Below are positions 62,948 through 64,000 of a DNA stretch of 64,000 nt, one piece after another. The DNA comes from Blastocatellia bacterium. GTDB taxonomy: Bacteria > Acidobacteriota > Blastocatellia > UBA7656. The stretch is taken from assembly GCA_963765495.1 (NCBI GenBank), contig CAVXWP010000001.1, positions 416,001 to 480,000 on the forward strand, written 5' to 3'. A model generated the notes under the pieces. The model saw only the letters and a program-made list of their open reading frames with translations, did not search any database and had not been told where the DNA came from. Position numbers and translations under genes: made by a program. Each line of letters opens with the position of its first letter. The first letter of the stretch is position 1.

Positions 62948-64000
62948 ATGAAACCTGAACAATACTCCTCGAATGGAAACTCGTCTCAATCTGAGAAACA
63001 GACGGCTATCCATCCAGAAGCGAGCACTGTTTCGCCTCCCGACGGCGGTAAATTGATCGTTTTGACTGCGCCGCTTACCGAGACCATCGATCACGCGGGC
63101 TATTTTATCCAGATGGGTATGGCAAGCATGCCTATCTGGATGGAGGGCGTCATTGATCGCAAGTATCCGCGCTGGCGCGAAGTCGAATATAACGAAGACG
63201 GCTCGGCGCGTTATATGCCCGCAGGCGTGCGGCTCGTGGAAAAATCCCTGCTGCGCGAATACGACCCGCAAGACATAGCCGCCTGCTACCCGGATGACCT
63301 CGAAAAGTTCGTAGGCCCGAATACCCGCGTAGTAGCCGTTTCGACTCACAATCCGCTAGGTGTAACCTTTGCCGCAGGCGTCTATACCTCGATCTTCGGC
63401 ACCTCAAAGATGCCGATCAACTCGCATTATTCGCGCCTGATGTTTGAGAAGATCAAGACTAATCCCTTCCGCAATAACTTCAAGGTGATAGTGGGAGGAT
63501 CGGGGGGATGGCAGATCACACAGACCGATACCTTCGAAGAACTGGGCGTGGATTGCGTGGTCGAAGGCCGTAGCGAATCGAGCGAAACTATGGACCTGTT
63601 TCGCCGGGCCATCGAGGGGGATGACCTCCCCAGACAGGTGGATGTGAAGCACCCTAATTCGCGTGATCAGATATTGTTCCCCGATAAGCGGACTACCTTT
63701 GGCGTGGTAGAGATGACGACCGGATGCGGGAGGCGCTGCCAGTTCTGTGTGCCCGATTTGAATCCGCAGATAGACCTGCCAAAAGACAAGATCATGAACG
63801 CGGTTCGCGCCAACGTCCGCGAGGGCAACAAGCAGATATCGCTCGCCACCGAGGACATGTTTATCTGGGGACAGGTGCACACCGACACACCTTTTTATTT
63901 CCCGAACCGCGAGGCGCTCCTTGACCTCTACTCCGAAATCGTAAACACCCCCGGCGTCGAACAGCACGTCCTGAGCCATTGCACCATTGCGCCGGCGGTC
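62948..64000 (+). CDS. Radical SAM protein with N-terminal B12-binding-like domain (runs off window end)
   Basis: Not in the ORF track. My translation reads MKPEQYSS...VAVSTHNPLG...KVIVGGSGGWQ...VEMTTGCGRRCQFC (CxxxCxxC). GAGGT precedes ATG 62948. Confidence 0.85.
   Translation, partial: MKPEQYSSNGNSSQSEKQTAIHPEASTVSPPDGGKLIVLTAPLTETIDHAGYFIQMGMASMPIWMEGVIDRKYPRWREVEYNEDGSARYMPAGVRLVEKSLLREYDPQDIAACYPDDLEKFVGPNTRVVAVSTHNPLGVTFAAGVYTSIFGTSKMPINSHYSRLMFEKIKTNPFRNNFKVIVGGSGGWQITQTDTFEELGVDCVVEGRSESSETMDLFRRAIEGDDLPRQVDVKHPNSRDQILFPDKRTTFGVVEMTTGCGRRCQFCVPDLNPQIDLPKDKIMNAVRANVREGNKQISLATEDMFIWGQVHTDTPFYFPNREALLDLYSEIVNTPGVEQHVLSHCTIAPAV

Noticed and set aside
62948-64000. Radical SAM enzyme as a RiPP maturase for the Cys-rich peptide at 57084
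   Set aside because: It is 5.5 kb away with unrelated genes between, no RRE-like domain is evident in the visible part, and the peptide has an export signal and membrane anchor.

Overview
Bacterial chromosomal window, most likely Acidobacteriota (probably Blastocatellia; inferred from the VWFA-related protein, the DUF1592/DUF1552 pair and the TolB-like Ser/Thr kinase). About 4.4-44.9 kb is a large carbohydrate-utilisation region. It encodes GH16, two GH3, GH9, GH67 and GH2 enzymes, a mutarotase, two sugar ABC systems, 3-keto-glycoside-type redox genes and an oxidative L-fucose-like cluster. Next come a complete pstSCAB-phoU-phoB-phoR operon, a kinase/ROK pair, an AT-richer islet, a subtilase, a sigma-54 activator and a truncated radical SAM gene. 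I found no rRNA, tRNA, CRISPR array or transposase, but intergenic spaces hold several families of small palindromic repeats/MITEs. The best candidate for an undescribed system is at 55.5-57.4 kb. A TPR protein ending in a RAPP ribosome-arrest-like motif overlaps head-to-head with a gene for a secreted, Cys-rich, C-terminally anchored peptide, and is followed by an attenuator-like leader and an orphan gene. The second candidate is a shared C-terminal Ig-like domain on two unrelated secreted enzymes, possibly a lineage-specific sorting signal. All family calls come from motif recognition by eye; no database searches were run.
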